Shown here: in pieces, positions 16,923 through 27,198 of the stretch
Numbering within the stretch: position 1 is the first letter of the stretch
How the letters are laid out: every line of letters starts with the position of its first letter
From: an uncultured Candidatus Actinomarina sp.
GTDB taxonomy: Bacteria; Actinomycetota; Acidimicrobiia; Actinomarinales; Actinomarinaceae
Direction: 5' to 3'
NCBI GenBank assembly: GCA_902609285.1
Contig: CACLRL010000002.1
Span: 15,421-79,420, forward strand
DNA length: 64,000 nt
Notes under the pieces: generated by a model
Told to the model about the DNA's origin: nothing
Seen by the model: only the letters and a program-made list of their open reading frames with translations
Databases searched by the model: none
Position numbers and translations under genes: made by a program

Positions 16923-18869
16923 TTAGTTGAATAAGGTGCTGTTCTTCTTTTTAAGAATAAAGTAGATGATTATTGTGTAAAAAGTAAAAGAAGATAAGTA
17001 GATTAGAGAATCGCTTTTAATAATATTTAACAATATAAATAAAATAAATACTTTACCGATTGTGTTTAAATTACTTTTATTTTTTAGGTACTGAAAAATA
17101 AAAAATATAGTCACTAATAATAAACCAAAAATTCCTACAAATACTAATAAAGAAAGAATTGAAGAGTGTGGAAATAATAAAGATCTTGTTTCTTTAATGT
17201 AAGTTTCTCCGTACATTTGTCCAAAATTGAAAGGACCACTGCCAAATAAATATTCAACAAAATTTGGGTTATATCTTGAGAAAAAGATTCCCCAAAGTTC
17301 TGATCTGTTTAAATAAAAAGAAATAAAACTTAAAAAGCTAAAAATATAAGAGAATAATGTTTTATTTTCATAGCTATTATTCAAAGCAATTAAAGCACTA
17401 TTTCCAAATTCCCCACTTTTATAAAGGTTTGCCTGGGTTAGGATACTATTTCCAGAAAAAGATATGGACTGTAAAATATTTTCAAATCCTATTGAATAGA
17501 TTAAAAGTATTAAAAAGGAAGAAACTCCTATTAAAACTTTAACCTGGCTCAATTTTTGTTTTTTTGAGAAATAAATCAAGAAAACAAGCACTAGAGCCAA
17601 AAATGCTGCTCGATTATTTGATAAATATAATCCAAATAAAGAGAACATGAGTACGAATGACTCAAGTAGAGTAGTTTTTCTCTCTTTAACAATTTTAAAT
17701 AATCCCAATATTGCAACTAGTGCAAAAAATTCTCCTACAGTTTCTGCACTTGAAGAAAACCCTCTCCAAGAAAGTCTTTCAGACCACTGGTTTAACAAAA
17801 GGGGGCTAGAGTTATTTGTACCTACTTTTTGCTGACCAAAATAATAGAAGTTCATGAAGTTAAAAAATGGATTTGCTGAACCTACATAGCCCAACGACAA
17901 GATTGGAACTACTACAAGTAGAGAATTTTTATACATACTTTGAAATTTAAATTCTTTAAGATTATTTTTATATAAATATAGAAGACCGCTGATTAAAAAA
18001 AAGAAATATATACTCCAGTAAAATGTCGAATTAAGATCGTACATTGTGCTTACTAAACCTCTTAGCTTGTCTGGTTTAAAATAATATGCTGGTCCCACAG
18101 AATTGATGCACCATAATGATGCAAAAATTAAGTATGCGGTTGTAAATTTTTTATTTATATTTTTTGTAAAAAACGAAACAAACCCAAAAAAAACAAATAT
18201 TAGAGAATAAAAATGAAAATTTAAACCGCTAAATACACCAATGAAAAGATACATAAATGGAACAAAATATATGACACTATTAAATCTATTTAAAAGTACA
18301 TCAATTAAGTTGTTTAAAACAAAAGCTAATATTATAAACAATAGAAAGTATGATCGTGTATCAGATAAATCTAAAAGATAAAATGCTTTTTCATAAAATC
18401 TAACTTCAGCAAAAAAGGAAAAAGAAAATAGTGCTGCGGTAAAAATTAGGCTTCTTAAATAATCAATTTTTTTTACGTAAAATCTTTCTTTATCTTTTGA
18501 AATAAAAGATATTAATAAAGTCCAAAATGCCCCTTGAAGTAAAATGCTAATTAGGGAATTTGTACCTACATTAATGTAGAAATTGTATCCAACCTGGGTT
18601 ATTCCTGCAATTTTTCCAAAACAAGTAATAGATGAATAATCACTTGATTTAATAAAGTAATGATCTTGATAAATTACATTAATATTTTTTATCAAAAACT
18701 CTGTCAGAGAAACTTCACAGGTATGGATCTCATAAAAAGCAAGATCAGACGTAATTTTTTGAGCTTCAATTGAATCCGTCAGATTACTTATGCTCCAAGG
18801 GACAATCAATATTAATAAAAGAAAGATAATTTTTGTAAAGTTGTTTTTAAGAAAGAATGTTTTCATCAA
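16923..18869 (-). CDS. O-antigen ligase/polymerase family (Wzy_C-like) membrane protein with extra N-terminal Cys-pair module
   Basis: 648 aa and polytopic. SNNRAAFLALVLVFLIYF and PHSSILSLLVFVGIFG motifs typical of the WaaL/Wzy family. N-terminal C-x31-CFGKI module. Confidence 0.6.
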   Translation of the reverse strand: MMKTFFLKNNFTKIIFLLLILIVPWSISNLTDSIEAQKITSDLAFYEIHTCEVSLTEFLIKNINVIYQDHYFIKSSDYSSITCFGKIAGITQVGYNFYINVGTNSLISILLQGAFWTLLISFISKDKERFYVKKIDYLRSLIFTAALFSFSFFAEVRFYEKAFYLLDLSDTRSYFLLFIILAFVLNNLIDVLLNRFNSVIYFVPFMYLFIGVFSGLNFHFYSLIFVFFGFVSFFTKNINKKFTTAYLIFASLWCINSVGPAYYFKPDKLRGLVSTMYDLNSTFYWSIYFFFLISGLLYLYKNNLKEFKFQSMYKNSLLVVVPILSLGYVGSANPFFNFMNFYYFGQQKVGTNNSSPLLLNQWSERLSWRGFSSSAETVGEFFALVAILGLFKIVKERKTTLLESFVLMFSLFGLYLSNNRAAFLALVLVFLIYFSKKQKLSQVKVLIGVSSFLILLIYSIGFENILQSISFSGNSILTQANLYKSGEFGNSALIALNNSYENKTLFSYIFSFLSFISFYLNRSELWGIFFSRYNPNFVEYLFGSGPFNFGQMYGETYIKETRSLLFPHSSILSLLVFVGIFGLLLVTIFFIFQYLKNKSNLNTIGKVFILFILLNIIKSDSLIYLSSFTFYTIIIYFILKKKNSTLFN

Positions 18870-19183
18870 TTCCTGAAAAATGAAAAATTAATTCTTGAAT
18901 AAATAAATTTTATAAAAACAAAAACTAATATTACGCCAACTAGCAAAGTCTGCAAATTTGATTCTAAAATTACACTTGGTTTGTAACCCCAGCCTCCCGA
19001 GACATAATGCTCACACTCAATAAATGAATTTACAAATACAGCATTTTCATCTTTGTCATAAAGTTCAACTGCAGAATAATTTGAGTCGTTTTCAAAAACA
19101 AAATTTGGGTTACTAGCAATATCTTGCTTTATGAAATCATCAGGATAATCCCCACAAAGATCAACTACCGTTTGGTTTTCCAT
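18866..19183 (-). CDS. Small protein with C-terminal TM anchor (105 aa), unknown function
   Basis: Stop overlaps the downstream start by 4 nt. C-terminal LLVGVILVFVFIKFIY hydrophobic segment. Confidence 0.45.
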   Translation of the reverse strand: MENQTVVDLCGDYPDDFIKQDIASNPNFVFENDSNYSAVELYDKDENAVFVNSFIECEHYVSGGWGYKPSVILESNLQTLLVGVILVFVFIKFIYSRINFSFFRN

Positions 19184-19277
19184 TTATATAATGATAGTAA
19201 TAAAATTCATCAATTATATTTTCAACAAAACTAAAAACGATAATTAAAAAAAATAAATTTTCGAATATAATCTTTAA

Positions 19278-20030
19278 ATGATCAATTTGTTAATTTATTA
19301 TATAAAGAAAGTACTTCTTATAATTAATAGAAAAAATAAGGCAGATGAAATTTACCCCTACAGATTTCATTTATTTCAGGAGCTAATTCAAATATACGGA
19401 AAGTCTTTTTTCAAAGATAAACGATTTTTAGAGATTGGACCAAAAGATGGGAATGATACTCAAAGACTTATGAGTCTAGAACCAAGTAAATATTTTTTAT
19501 TTGATTTACCTGATAAGTCTGCAGAAAATGAAAAATGGAAAGAAAATTTAGATAGTAATCAAGAGCTAATAATAAAAAACTTTCTTTATCTTTCGCAAGA
19601 AGAATACGACAAATTGGGTTTTTTTGATCTCATATATTTTACTGGTGTTCTCTATCACAACCCAGAACAGTTAAGATTTATCAAAAAACTTTATGACAAG
19701 TTGAACAATGGTGGAATTTTAGTTTTAGAAAGTGCCACAATAAGAAATTACTTTTACAGAAATAAAAACTTAGTCCAAATATGGCATCCTGAGACTTATA
19801 GAAATACAACTACGATGAGCCATTTGCCTTCAAAGAAAGCAATCAAAAGTTGGCTACAAATGGTTGGGTTTGAAAAAATTTATGATTCAAAATGTTATGA
19901 TAAACAAAATTATAATGTCAGAGATATAAGATACGCATGTATTGCAGAAAAACAATCAAGTGATAAAGTTGAAACCTACTACAAGAAACAAATAGAAGAT
20001 TCAGATTACTTTATCGGTGGTTCAACTTAA
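19278..20030 (+). CDS. Class I SAM-dependent methyltransferase
   Basis: FLEIGPKDGNDT (motif I-like) and GGILVLES (post-I/II). Confidence 0.65.
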   Translation: MINLLIYYIKKVLLIINRKNKADEIYPYRFHLFQELIQIYGKSFFKDKRFLEIGPKDGNDTQRLMSLEPSKYFLFDLPDKSAENEKWKENLDSNQELIIKNFLYLSQEEYDKLGFFDLIYFTGVLYHNPEQLRFIKKLYDKLNNGGILVLESATIRNYFYRNKNLVQIWHPETYRNTTTMSHLPSKKAIKSWLQMVGFEKIYDSKCYDKQNYNVRDIRYACIAEKQSSDKVETYYKKQIEDSDYFIGGST

Positions 20031-21179
20031 TTTGATTATTTTTTTTACTGTTTTATGAAATTCATTTAAATTTAATTTTTCTTTAACAAGATTTTTTGCA
20101 TTAATTGATACTTTCTCTAACAATTCCAAATTGTCATACAAATTATTTATTTTATAAACCCATCCATTTAGTGAATTATCTGAAATAAAAAAGATTTCTT
20201 GATTGTCTCTAAATAATTCTTTATCCCAGAATCCTTCAGTTTCTGAAATTAAAACTGGAGTACCTAAGGACATAGATTGCAAAGCAACACTCTGACCAGA
20301 TGGTTGAGATGATTCTTTTAATGGTAAAATCGTTAACCTTGCATCTAAGTATAAACTTTTAAGCTCTTCGTCATTTAGTCCTTCTTTGGCCCATCCGTCT
20401 CCTAAAACTTTTACATTATCTAATTCAATACTTTTCAGTGAATCAAGCTTAGAAACAAAAATAAATTCAAAATTAGTAAAGGATTTTGCAATTTCTAAAA
20501 GCAATTTAGTATCTCTATTTCCATCATTCCCTACAAAAATAATTTTTTCTTTATTTCTCAAATCAGAATTTATATTTGTAGTCCAAAAATCTTCATCTAT
20601 AGAAAATGATACAAAATGAAATTTCTCATGATTATCTTTTATTTTTTTTGCTCTTTCCAATTCACCTTTACCTAAAAAAAATAAATTGTCTAGTGAATTA
20701 ACTAAAAAATTTATGACAAAATTTTGAAGAAATTTAAATTTGTTGTATTTTAATTTTTTGCTGTACAAACCCATTACAAACATATGCACCTTAGCATTAT
20801 TTTTTTTAAATAATTTCAAGGCTCTTACCATTGGGAGAACCGAAAACCCTGTGCTTTCGTTTATTAAAAAAATATGATCCGATTTCTTTAAAATTTTATA
20901 ATTTTTGTTATTTGTAAGTTTATGCATATAAAAAGGTAAACTTAGAAATTTATTAAAAATTCTATCAATAACATAAAGAAAATTATTTTTTTTTAAATTA
21001 TCGCTATCAAACTCTATTACATTGATGTTGTATTTTTGTTTGTCATACAATGGCAGTGTATAAAAGTGTTCTCTTGCCTCAATCAAATCATTAACATATA
21101 AGTCTTTTCTGCCTGAAACAAATATAAAAGTTAAACTCTTTTTTTGGTTTACGTTTTCTATATGAATATTATCGTCCAT
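20022..21179 (-). CDS. GT4-type (GT-B) glycosyltransferase
   Basis: C-terminal SQPSGQSVALQSMSLGTPVLISETEGF resembles the EX7E region. Confidence 0.7.
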   Translation of the reverse strand: MDDNIHIENVNQKKSLTFIFVSGRKDLYVNDLIEAREHFYTLPLYDKQKYNINVIEFDSDNLKKNNFLYVIDRIFNKFLSLPFYMHKLTNNKNYKILKKSDHIFLINESTGFSVLPMVRALKLFKKNNAKVHMFVMGLYSKKLKYNKFKFLQNFVINFLVNSLDNLFFLGKGELERAKKIKDNHEKFHFVSFSIDEDFWTTNINSDLRNKEKIIFVGNDGNRDTKLLLEIAKSFTNFEFIFVSKLDSLKSIELDNVKVLGDGWAKEGLNDEELKSLYLDARLTILPLKESSQPSGQSVALQSMSLGTPVLISETEGFWDKELFRDNQEIFFISDNSLNGWVYKINNLYDNLELLEKVSINAKNLVKEKLNLNEFHKTVKKIIKLS

Positions 21180-21189
21180 GATTTTAATA

Positions 21190-22050
21190 CTATTGAGAAG
21201 AATTTTTAAATAAGCTTATTTCTCTGTATGGACTTACTGCTACTACTTGAAAATTGTTTTTATATAGAAAATCAAATACTTCAACTGTTGTTTTTTCCTG
21301 ATTAAATCCGCGCTCATCTGAATGATCAATGGCAATATATTCAACATTTTTAAGCGTCTCTGTCAACCCAGTCAATACTTCTGGTTCATGTCCTTCAGCA
21401 TCAATTTTTAGCAGTTTAATATTTTTTAGATTAAAAGAATCAAGTGTTTTAGTGTCAATTTCTTCAACGGTTGTTGATTCAAATTCAGACAATGAAGTAT
21501 TTCCACCATCGGTATCTTTATACAAGTTTTGTTTCTCATTTTTATCAGATAACGCCAAATTATATAGTTGTTTGTTAGCATTTTTAGTATTCTTTTCTAA
21601 TGAGCTGAAAGCTTTTTTGTCTGGTTCAAATGCTACATAACTTATTTTGATTTTTTTTTCATCTAATGCAAGATAAAGTTCACCTATATTTGCTCCACAA
21701 TCAATAACCAAGTCATTATCTTGAAAATTAATTTCATCTAAACAATATGTTTTAAAAAATTTGTTAATGTGTAACTTATAATCAATAAAGATATTGGATA
21801 TTCTTCTATTTGGATAAAATACTTTTCTATCTTTCATTTTTTTGACGTAATAATTGTTTTCAAAATAAATTTTCCCATCCTTACCATGAAGATAGTTCAT
21901 TATTAAGCAAAATAAATATTCAGATTTTATGCTAAAAATCAAAGCAATTAATTTACCTTTTATAATAAGTTTGACTTTTTGAAAATTGCTAAAATTGTTT
22001 AGGTCTAAATTTATATATAAATAGTCAGGTATATTTATCAAATTTTTCAT
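21190..22050 (-). CDS. FkbM-family methyltransferase
   Basis: VIDCGANIGE and KIDAEGHEPEVL motifs. Confidence 0.75.
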   Translation of the reverse strand: MKNLINIPDYLYINLDLNNFSNFQKVKLIIKGKLIALIFSIKSEYLFCLIMNYLHGKDGKIYFENNYYVKKMKDRKVFYPNRRISNIFIDYKLHINKFFKTYCLDEINFQDNDLVIDCGANIGELYLALDEKKIKISYVAFEPDKKAFSSLEKNTKNANKQLYNLALSDKNEKQNLYKDTDGGNTSLSEFESTTVEEIDTKTLDSFNLKNIKLLKIDAEGHEPEVLTGLTETLKNVEYIAIDHSDERGFNQEKTTVEVFDFLYKNNFQVVAVSPYREISLFKNSSQ

Positions 22051-22176
22051 TTGAAACTAATACTAACTTACTTTTACATCTAAAAATATTAGATATATTC
22101 TATTTTGATAACATAAAATATTTTTAATTTCTGAATTAATTTAAATCAATAAAAATTTGAATATTATTATAACCTT

Positions 22177-23298
22177 GTGCGTATTGGTCTCTTGTTTACA
22201 TATGGATACTCATTAAATACATGGAAAGAATCTGGAATATTAAATAGGGAGGTTCTTTTTTACAAAAAATTGGCGGAAGAAAAAAATATTCAATTTACGT
22301 TTTTTACATTTGGAAACAAAAATGATTTACTAATTGATATCCAGTCCAAAAATATCGAAATTGTCCCAATATATGAATTGATAACTAAATCACGAAATAA
22401 ATATATAAATTTAATTAAATCACTTTATATTCCATTCAAATTGAAAAAATACTTCACTTCAGTAGATCTAATTAAGCAAAATCAACTTCAAGGTGTTTGG
22501 ATAGCGATCATTCTAAAACTCTTAACTGGTCTTCCACTTTTCACACGAACTGGTTATGACGTATTTAAATTTAGTATCCACGAAAAAAAGGGATTTATCA
22601 AAATTTTCTTTTACTTTTTACTAACCCAAATAGCTTTGGCTTTTTCAAATCTTTATACTGTCTCAAATAAAACCGAATTAAATTTTCTTAAAAAAAGATT
22701 TTTATTTTCTAAAAATATTTTACATAGGCCAAACTGGATAGCTGATTCAGGACCAGTTGATATTGGTAAAAAAGTAAAGTTTGGCATTATCTCAGTTGGG
22801 AGATTGGAAAAACAAAAAAATTTTGAAGAATTAATTAATTTGTTTGAAGATTCAGAATTTGAAATAAATATTGTTGGTTCAGGTACCAAAAAACATAACT
22901 TAATAGAATTAGCAAAACAAAAGAATGTTAAAGCAAATTTCTTGGGAAGATTAGAAAATGAAGACCTCCAAAAACTTTATGATAAATATCTTTTTTTTGT
23001 TTCAACATCAAAATTTGAAGGTAATCCAAAATCGGTACTAGAAGCTATGTCAAGAGGTTGCGTAGTTATAGCTAGCAATATTGAAAACCACAGCGAATTA
23101 ATTACCGATGAACAAAATGGGTATTTGATACCAGATAATTGTTTTTCACTAAGTTCATTTATAAATTCCCTTCTTCAAAACGAAAAAAAATTAATCGACG
23201 TCTCTTTGAATTCAAGAGAGTATGTCATAAAAAATAATAATATCAATAACTTATGTGAGTTTGAATACAATGACTTCAAGGAGTTAAAGAAAAACTAG
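22177..23298 (+). CDS. GT4-type glycosyltransferase
   Basis: GTG start. STSKFEGNPKSVLEAMSRGCVVIAS (EX7E region). Confidence 0.75.
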   Translation: MRIGLLFTYGYSLNTWKESGILNREVLFYKKLAEEKNIQFTFFTFGNKNDLLIDIQSKNIEIVPIYELITKSRNKYINLIKSLYIPFKLKKYFTSVDLIKQNQLQGVWIAIILKLLTGLPLFTRTGYDVFKFSIHEKKGFIKIFFYFLLTQIALAFSNLYTVSNKTELNFLKKRFLFSKNILHRPNWIADSGPVDIGKKVKFGIISVGRLEKQKNFEELINLFEDSEFEINIVGSGTKKHNLIELAKQKNVKANFLGRLENEDLQKLYDKYLFFVSTSKFEGNPKSVLEAMSRGCVVIASNIENHSELITDEQNGYLIPDNCFSLSSFINSLLQNEKKLIDVSLNSREYVIKNNNINNLCEFEYNDFKELKKN

Positions 23299-25109
23299 AT
23301 TAAATTATCTAAAGATCGAAGATATTTTTCTATAAAATATAATCTCCAAATTCTCTGAGCATTAATTCTAGATTTTACAATTGATAGTTTATTTATAGTT
23401 GATTTTGAAATGTTATATGTATTTAATTTTTCGAACTCATTTTTAATTCTATTAATATTGCTAAAAGTCCATTTTTCAAGATTAAAAACAAATCCCATCT
23501 TTTTTCTATTAATAAATTCACTTTCAAAATCATCAGCTAGATAATTCTTTAAAATAGCTTTTGAATTATTTGTATCATAATAGCTCGGAGAAGTCGAAAG
23601 TATGTATTGGACTAACCTGTGATCAACAAACGGTGATCTCACTTCTAGTGAATTAGCCATTGAAGTTCTGTCTACTTTTAACATCATCATTTCAGATAAA
23701 TACAACTTATACTCAAATAGCATTAATTTTTTATAATCAGATATTTGATTATAAAAAACAGATTTAAATTCTTGATTTGTATGATCTATCTTGAGCAAAT
23801 TTAATAATTTCTTATCGTGAAAAAAAGATCTATACCTGGTTTCTATATTTTCCGACCTTGACAAGATCTTAGAGCCTGTGCCAAAAATGGGATTATAAAT
23901 ATCAAAGGATTTTTCACTTAAATTAAATTTCAGTTTTTTATTATTTAATGAAAGGTTTGTTCTGAGGTATCCTCCTAAAAGTTCGTCTCCCCCATCACCG
24001 GATATTGCAACCTTGTATTTTTTTGATATCAGCTTACTTAGCATAAATGATGGAAGAGTAGAGGGGTCAGAATAGGGCTCATCAAAAATTTCAATTGATT
24101 CATCAATATAGTCACTAACTTCTTCAATCAATATTTTTTCTGATAGGTGATTTGTTTTATATCTTTGGACTACTTTAGAAGACCATATTGTCTCATCATA
24201 TCTTTCATCATCATATGCGACTGAAAAAGTATTTATTGATTGTCCATTATCATTTAAGCTTTTAACCAATGAAGAAGAATCAATCCCTCCAGATAAAAAA
24301 TTTGCAACGGGAACATCTGAAACAAGACGAGAGTTGACTGAATCATTAAAGAGATCAAAAAATTTTGTTGAATCAAATTTTTCTTCTGAAACAAACTCCT
24401 CAATGTTCCAGTATTGGATGTTAGTTTTTTTAAATTTATTGTTTTGAAATTCAAACTTTATTATTTCTCCTGGTTTTACTTTGTATAGATCCTTAATTAT
24501 TGTCTTTGGAGATGGAACTACTCCTAAATCTAAGTATGTAAACAAAGAAGTTTCATCAATAGATTTATCTTTGTTTAAAGCAATTAAAGATTTTAAATTT
24601 GATGAAAAGCTAAAACTATCAGGTAATGATTTATAGAATAAAGGTTTTTGTCCTAACCTATCACGAATTAGATATACGTTATTTTTATTAAAATCAAAAA
24701 AAACTATCGCAAATTGGCCAATGACTTTATTTAAAAATTCTAAACCATAGTATGAAAGGCCATTTAAAAGAACTTCCGTATCAGAATGATCGGTAAAAAA
24801 ATTTATATTCTTTTTTTCAAGATCTCTTCGTAAATCTTGATGATTGAATATTTCACCATTAAACAATATTAGTGAGTTAAATTGTTTTGAAATCATGGGT
24901 TGGGATGCCGACCCAGATAAATCTATAATTGAAAGTCTGTTAAAAATTAGTGAAAAATTAAAGTCAATATTTGATTTAAAATTATCTGAGGAATTACCAG
25001 TCAATTGTTTCTTTTCGTCAGGACCTCTGCACTCAATTAGATTATTGCAATTGAGAACTTCTTGACTGTTTATTTCATCAAAAGAAACTTTTCCAATAAA
25101 TCCACACAC
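23295..25109 (-). CDS. asnB: Asparagine synthase (glutamine-hydrolysing) family amidotransferase
   Basis: N-terminal MCGFIG nucleophile. SGGIDSS PP-loop. 604 aa. Confidence 0.85.
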   Translation of the reverse strand: MCGFIGKVSFDEINSQEVLNCNNLIECRGPDEKKQLTGNSSDNFKSNIDFNFSLIFNRLSIIDLSGSASQPMISKQFNSLILFNGEIFNHQDLRRDLEKKNINFFTDHSDTEVLLNGLSYYGLEFLNKVIGQFAIVFFDFNKNNVYLIRDRLGQKPLFYKSLPDSFSFSSNLKSLIALNKDKSIDETSLFTYLDLGVVPSPKTIIKDLYKVKPGEIIKFEFQNNKFKKTNIQYWNIEEFVSEEKFDSTKFFDLFNDSVNSRLVSDVPVANFLSGGIDSSSLVKSLNDNGQSINTFSVAYDDERYDETIWSSKVVQRYKTNHLSEKILIEEVSDYIDESIEIFDEPYSDPSTLPSFMLSKLISKKYKVAISGDGGDELLGGYLRTNLSLNNKKLKFNLSEKSFDIYNPIFGTGSKILSRSENIETRYRSFFHDKKLLNLLKIDHTNQEFKSVFYNQISDYKKLMLFEYKLYLSEMMMLKVDRTSMANSLEVRSPFVDHRLVQYILSTSPSYYDTNNSKAILKNYLADDFESEFINRKKMGFVFNLEKWTFSNINRIKNEFEKLNTYNISKSTINKLSIVKSRINAQRIWRLYFIEKYLRSLDNLI

Positions 25110-25208
25110 ATAACTAATCTTAAATATGTTTTTTTTAATTCGATTATATAAATTAAATAAATTAAATTACTTTAATATAGTGATATTGAATAGATTGGCA
25201 ATAATCAT

Positions 25209-26129
25209 ATGAAAGTATTGATACTTGGTGGCACTGGTTTGGTTGGAACCTCTTTGACGAGATTACTTGAGACAAAAAAAGATTACGATGTGGTTAGCGC
25301 TACAAGAAAAGATGCAGATCTTTTCTCTTACAAAGAAACTTATGAACTTATTTCTAAAACTGATCCTGATGTTTTAATTAATGCAGCAGCAAAAGTTGGA
25401 GGTATTTATGCTAATAATTCTCAAAGAACAGAATTTATACTTGAAAACTTAAAAATAAATATAAATATTCTTGAAGCATGTATAGATTACTCAAATATTT
25501 TTGTAATAAACCTTGGTAGTAGCTGTATTTATCCTTTAGATTCGAAAAATCCAATAATTGAAGAAAGTATTATGACTGGTGCTCTAGAGCCTACTAATTC
25601 TCCTTATGCAATGGCAAAGCTGACTGCTATCGAGCTAGCAAATTCATTAAGCATCCAATATGGCCATAAGATACTAAATTTAATGCCAACAAATTTATAT
25701 GGACCAGGAGACAATTTTTCTGAGTTAGATAGTCATGTAATTCCAGGCCTTATATTTAGGATGCACCAAGCAAAGATACATAACGAGGAAAGTTTTAATA
25801 TATGGGGCACAGGTAAGCCTTTAAGAGAATTCCTTTATGTCGACGATTTATCTAAAGCTATTGAATTTTTGATTAATAATCCTACTGACCAATCCTTATT
25901 AAATGTTGGTAGTGGATATGAAATTTCAATCCTTGAATTGGCTAAAAAGATAAAAGAAGTAGTTAATTTTGATGGTTCTCTTGTATTTGATAATACAAAA
26001 CCTGATGGTAACCCAAGAAAGTTATTGGATTCTTCTAAAATCTTCAAACTTGGTTGGAAACCAGAGACTAGTATTGATGAGGGTTTACAAAATTCTTATA
26101 GATGGTATTTAGAAAGCTTGAATATTTAA
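25209..26129 (+). CDS. fcl: GDP-L-fucose synthase (GDP-4-keto-6-deoxymannose 3,5-epimerase/4-reductase)
   Basis: GGTGLVG Rossmann motif, YAMAK catalytic dyad, NIWGTGKPLREFLYVDDL. Convergent with gmd. Confidence 0.8.
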   Translation: MKVLILGGTGLVGTSLTRLLETKKDYDVVSATRKDADLFSYKETYELISKTDPDVLINAAAKVGGIYANNSQRTEFILENLKININILEACIDYSNIFVINLGSSCIYPLDSKNPIIEESIMTGALEPTNSPYAMAKLTAIELANSLSIQYGHKILNLMPTNLYGPGDNFSELDSHVIPGLIFRMHQAKIHNEESFNIWGTGKPLREFLYVDDLSKAIEFLINNPTDQSLLNVGSGYEISILELAKKIKEVVNFDGSLVFDNTKPDGNPRKLLDSSKIFKLGWKPETSIDEGLQNSYRWYLESLNI

Positions 26130-27157
26130 ATAGAAGAATTTTCCCAAGTAGGATACAATAACCCTTTATCAATTAACAATTTTTCTTGCTTAGCTTGTTC
26201 ATTATCGCTCTCGACCATCATTGAAATTAAATCTTCAAAAGATGTTTTGGGTTCCCAATTTAATTCTTTTTTTGCTTTACTTGAATCTCCTAAAAGATGT
26301 TTTACCTCATTGGGTCTTTTATATTTTTCATCTGTCTCTACATATGCTTTCCAATCTAAATCTAGAATTTCAAAAGCTTTTTTTGTAAACTCTTTAACAG
26401 AATGGGATTCTCCAGTTGCTAATACCCAATCGCTAGGTTCTTTATGTTGCATCATTAGCCACATTCCTTCTACATAATCACCAGCAAACCCCCAGTCTCG
26501 AAATGCGTCTAAGTTTCCAAGAGTTAATTTTGTTTGTATTCCCTGTTTAATTCTTCCAACTGCTTTAGTTACTTTTCTTGTTACAAATGTCTCACCACGA
26601 TGTGGTGATTCATGATTAAATAAAATACCGTTAACAGCAAACATGTCATATGACTCTCTATAGATTTTTGTCATTTCATGAGCAAAGACTTTAGAAATGG
26701 CATAAGGGCTTTTTGGAGTAAATTGTGACTCCTCGTTTAACAAACTGTCATCTTTTCCGCCATACATTTCTGAAGATGACGCTTGATAAAACTTTATATT
26801 TTTAGATGAATTTTTTACAGCTTCGAGTAATGAGATTACCCCGATTGTTCCAACCTGGGATGTATAAAGAGGATTTTTAAATGAAACAGCAACATGAGAT
26901 TGCGCAGCAAGATTATAGACTTCATCTGGTTCGATAAGGTTAATTAAAGAAGTTATAGAAGATGAATCTAAAAGGTCTGAGTAATAAAGCTTTAATTTAT
27001 TTTCAGATTCGTATTTAGACATCAGAGGTTCAATTCTGCTTGTATTAAATGAGGAAGACCTTCTAATTAATCCATGAACTTCATAGCCTTTTTCAAGTAA
27101 AAGTTTTGATAAGTAGTATCCGTCTTGACCTGTAATCCCAGTAACTAGTGCTTTCAT
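26126..27157 (-). CDS. gmd: GDP-mannose 4,6-dehydratase
   Basis: MKALVTGITGQDGYYLSKLLLEKGYEVHGLIRRSSSFNTSRIE, SSSEMYG and FNHESPHRGETFVTRK. Confidence 0.9.
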   Translation of the reverse strand: MKALVTGITGQDGYYLSKLLLEKGYEVHGLIRRSSSFNTSRIEPLMSKYESENKLKLYYSDLLDSSSITSLINLIEPDEVYNLAAQSHVAVSFKNPLYTSQVGTIGVISLLEAVKNSSKNIKFYQASSSEMYGGKDDSLLNEESQFTPKSPYAISKVFAHEMTKIYRESYDMFAVNGILFNHESPHRGETFVTRKVTKAVGRIKQGIQTKLTLGNLDAFRDWGFAGDYVEGMWLMMQHKEPSDWVLATGESHSVKEFTKKAFEILDLDWKAYVETDEKYKRPNEVKHLLGDSSKAKKELNWEPKTSFEDLISMMVESDNEQAKQEKLLIDKGLLYPTWENSSI

Positions 27158-27198
27158 ATTAAATTATTTCTCTAAATATACTCTAACAAACAATTAGA

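Noticed and set aside
25151-25180. Tandem aaattaaat repeats in the asnB/fcl intergenic region
   Set aside because: This is pure A/T low-complexity sequence of the kind expected by chance at this composition.
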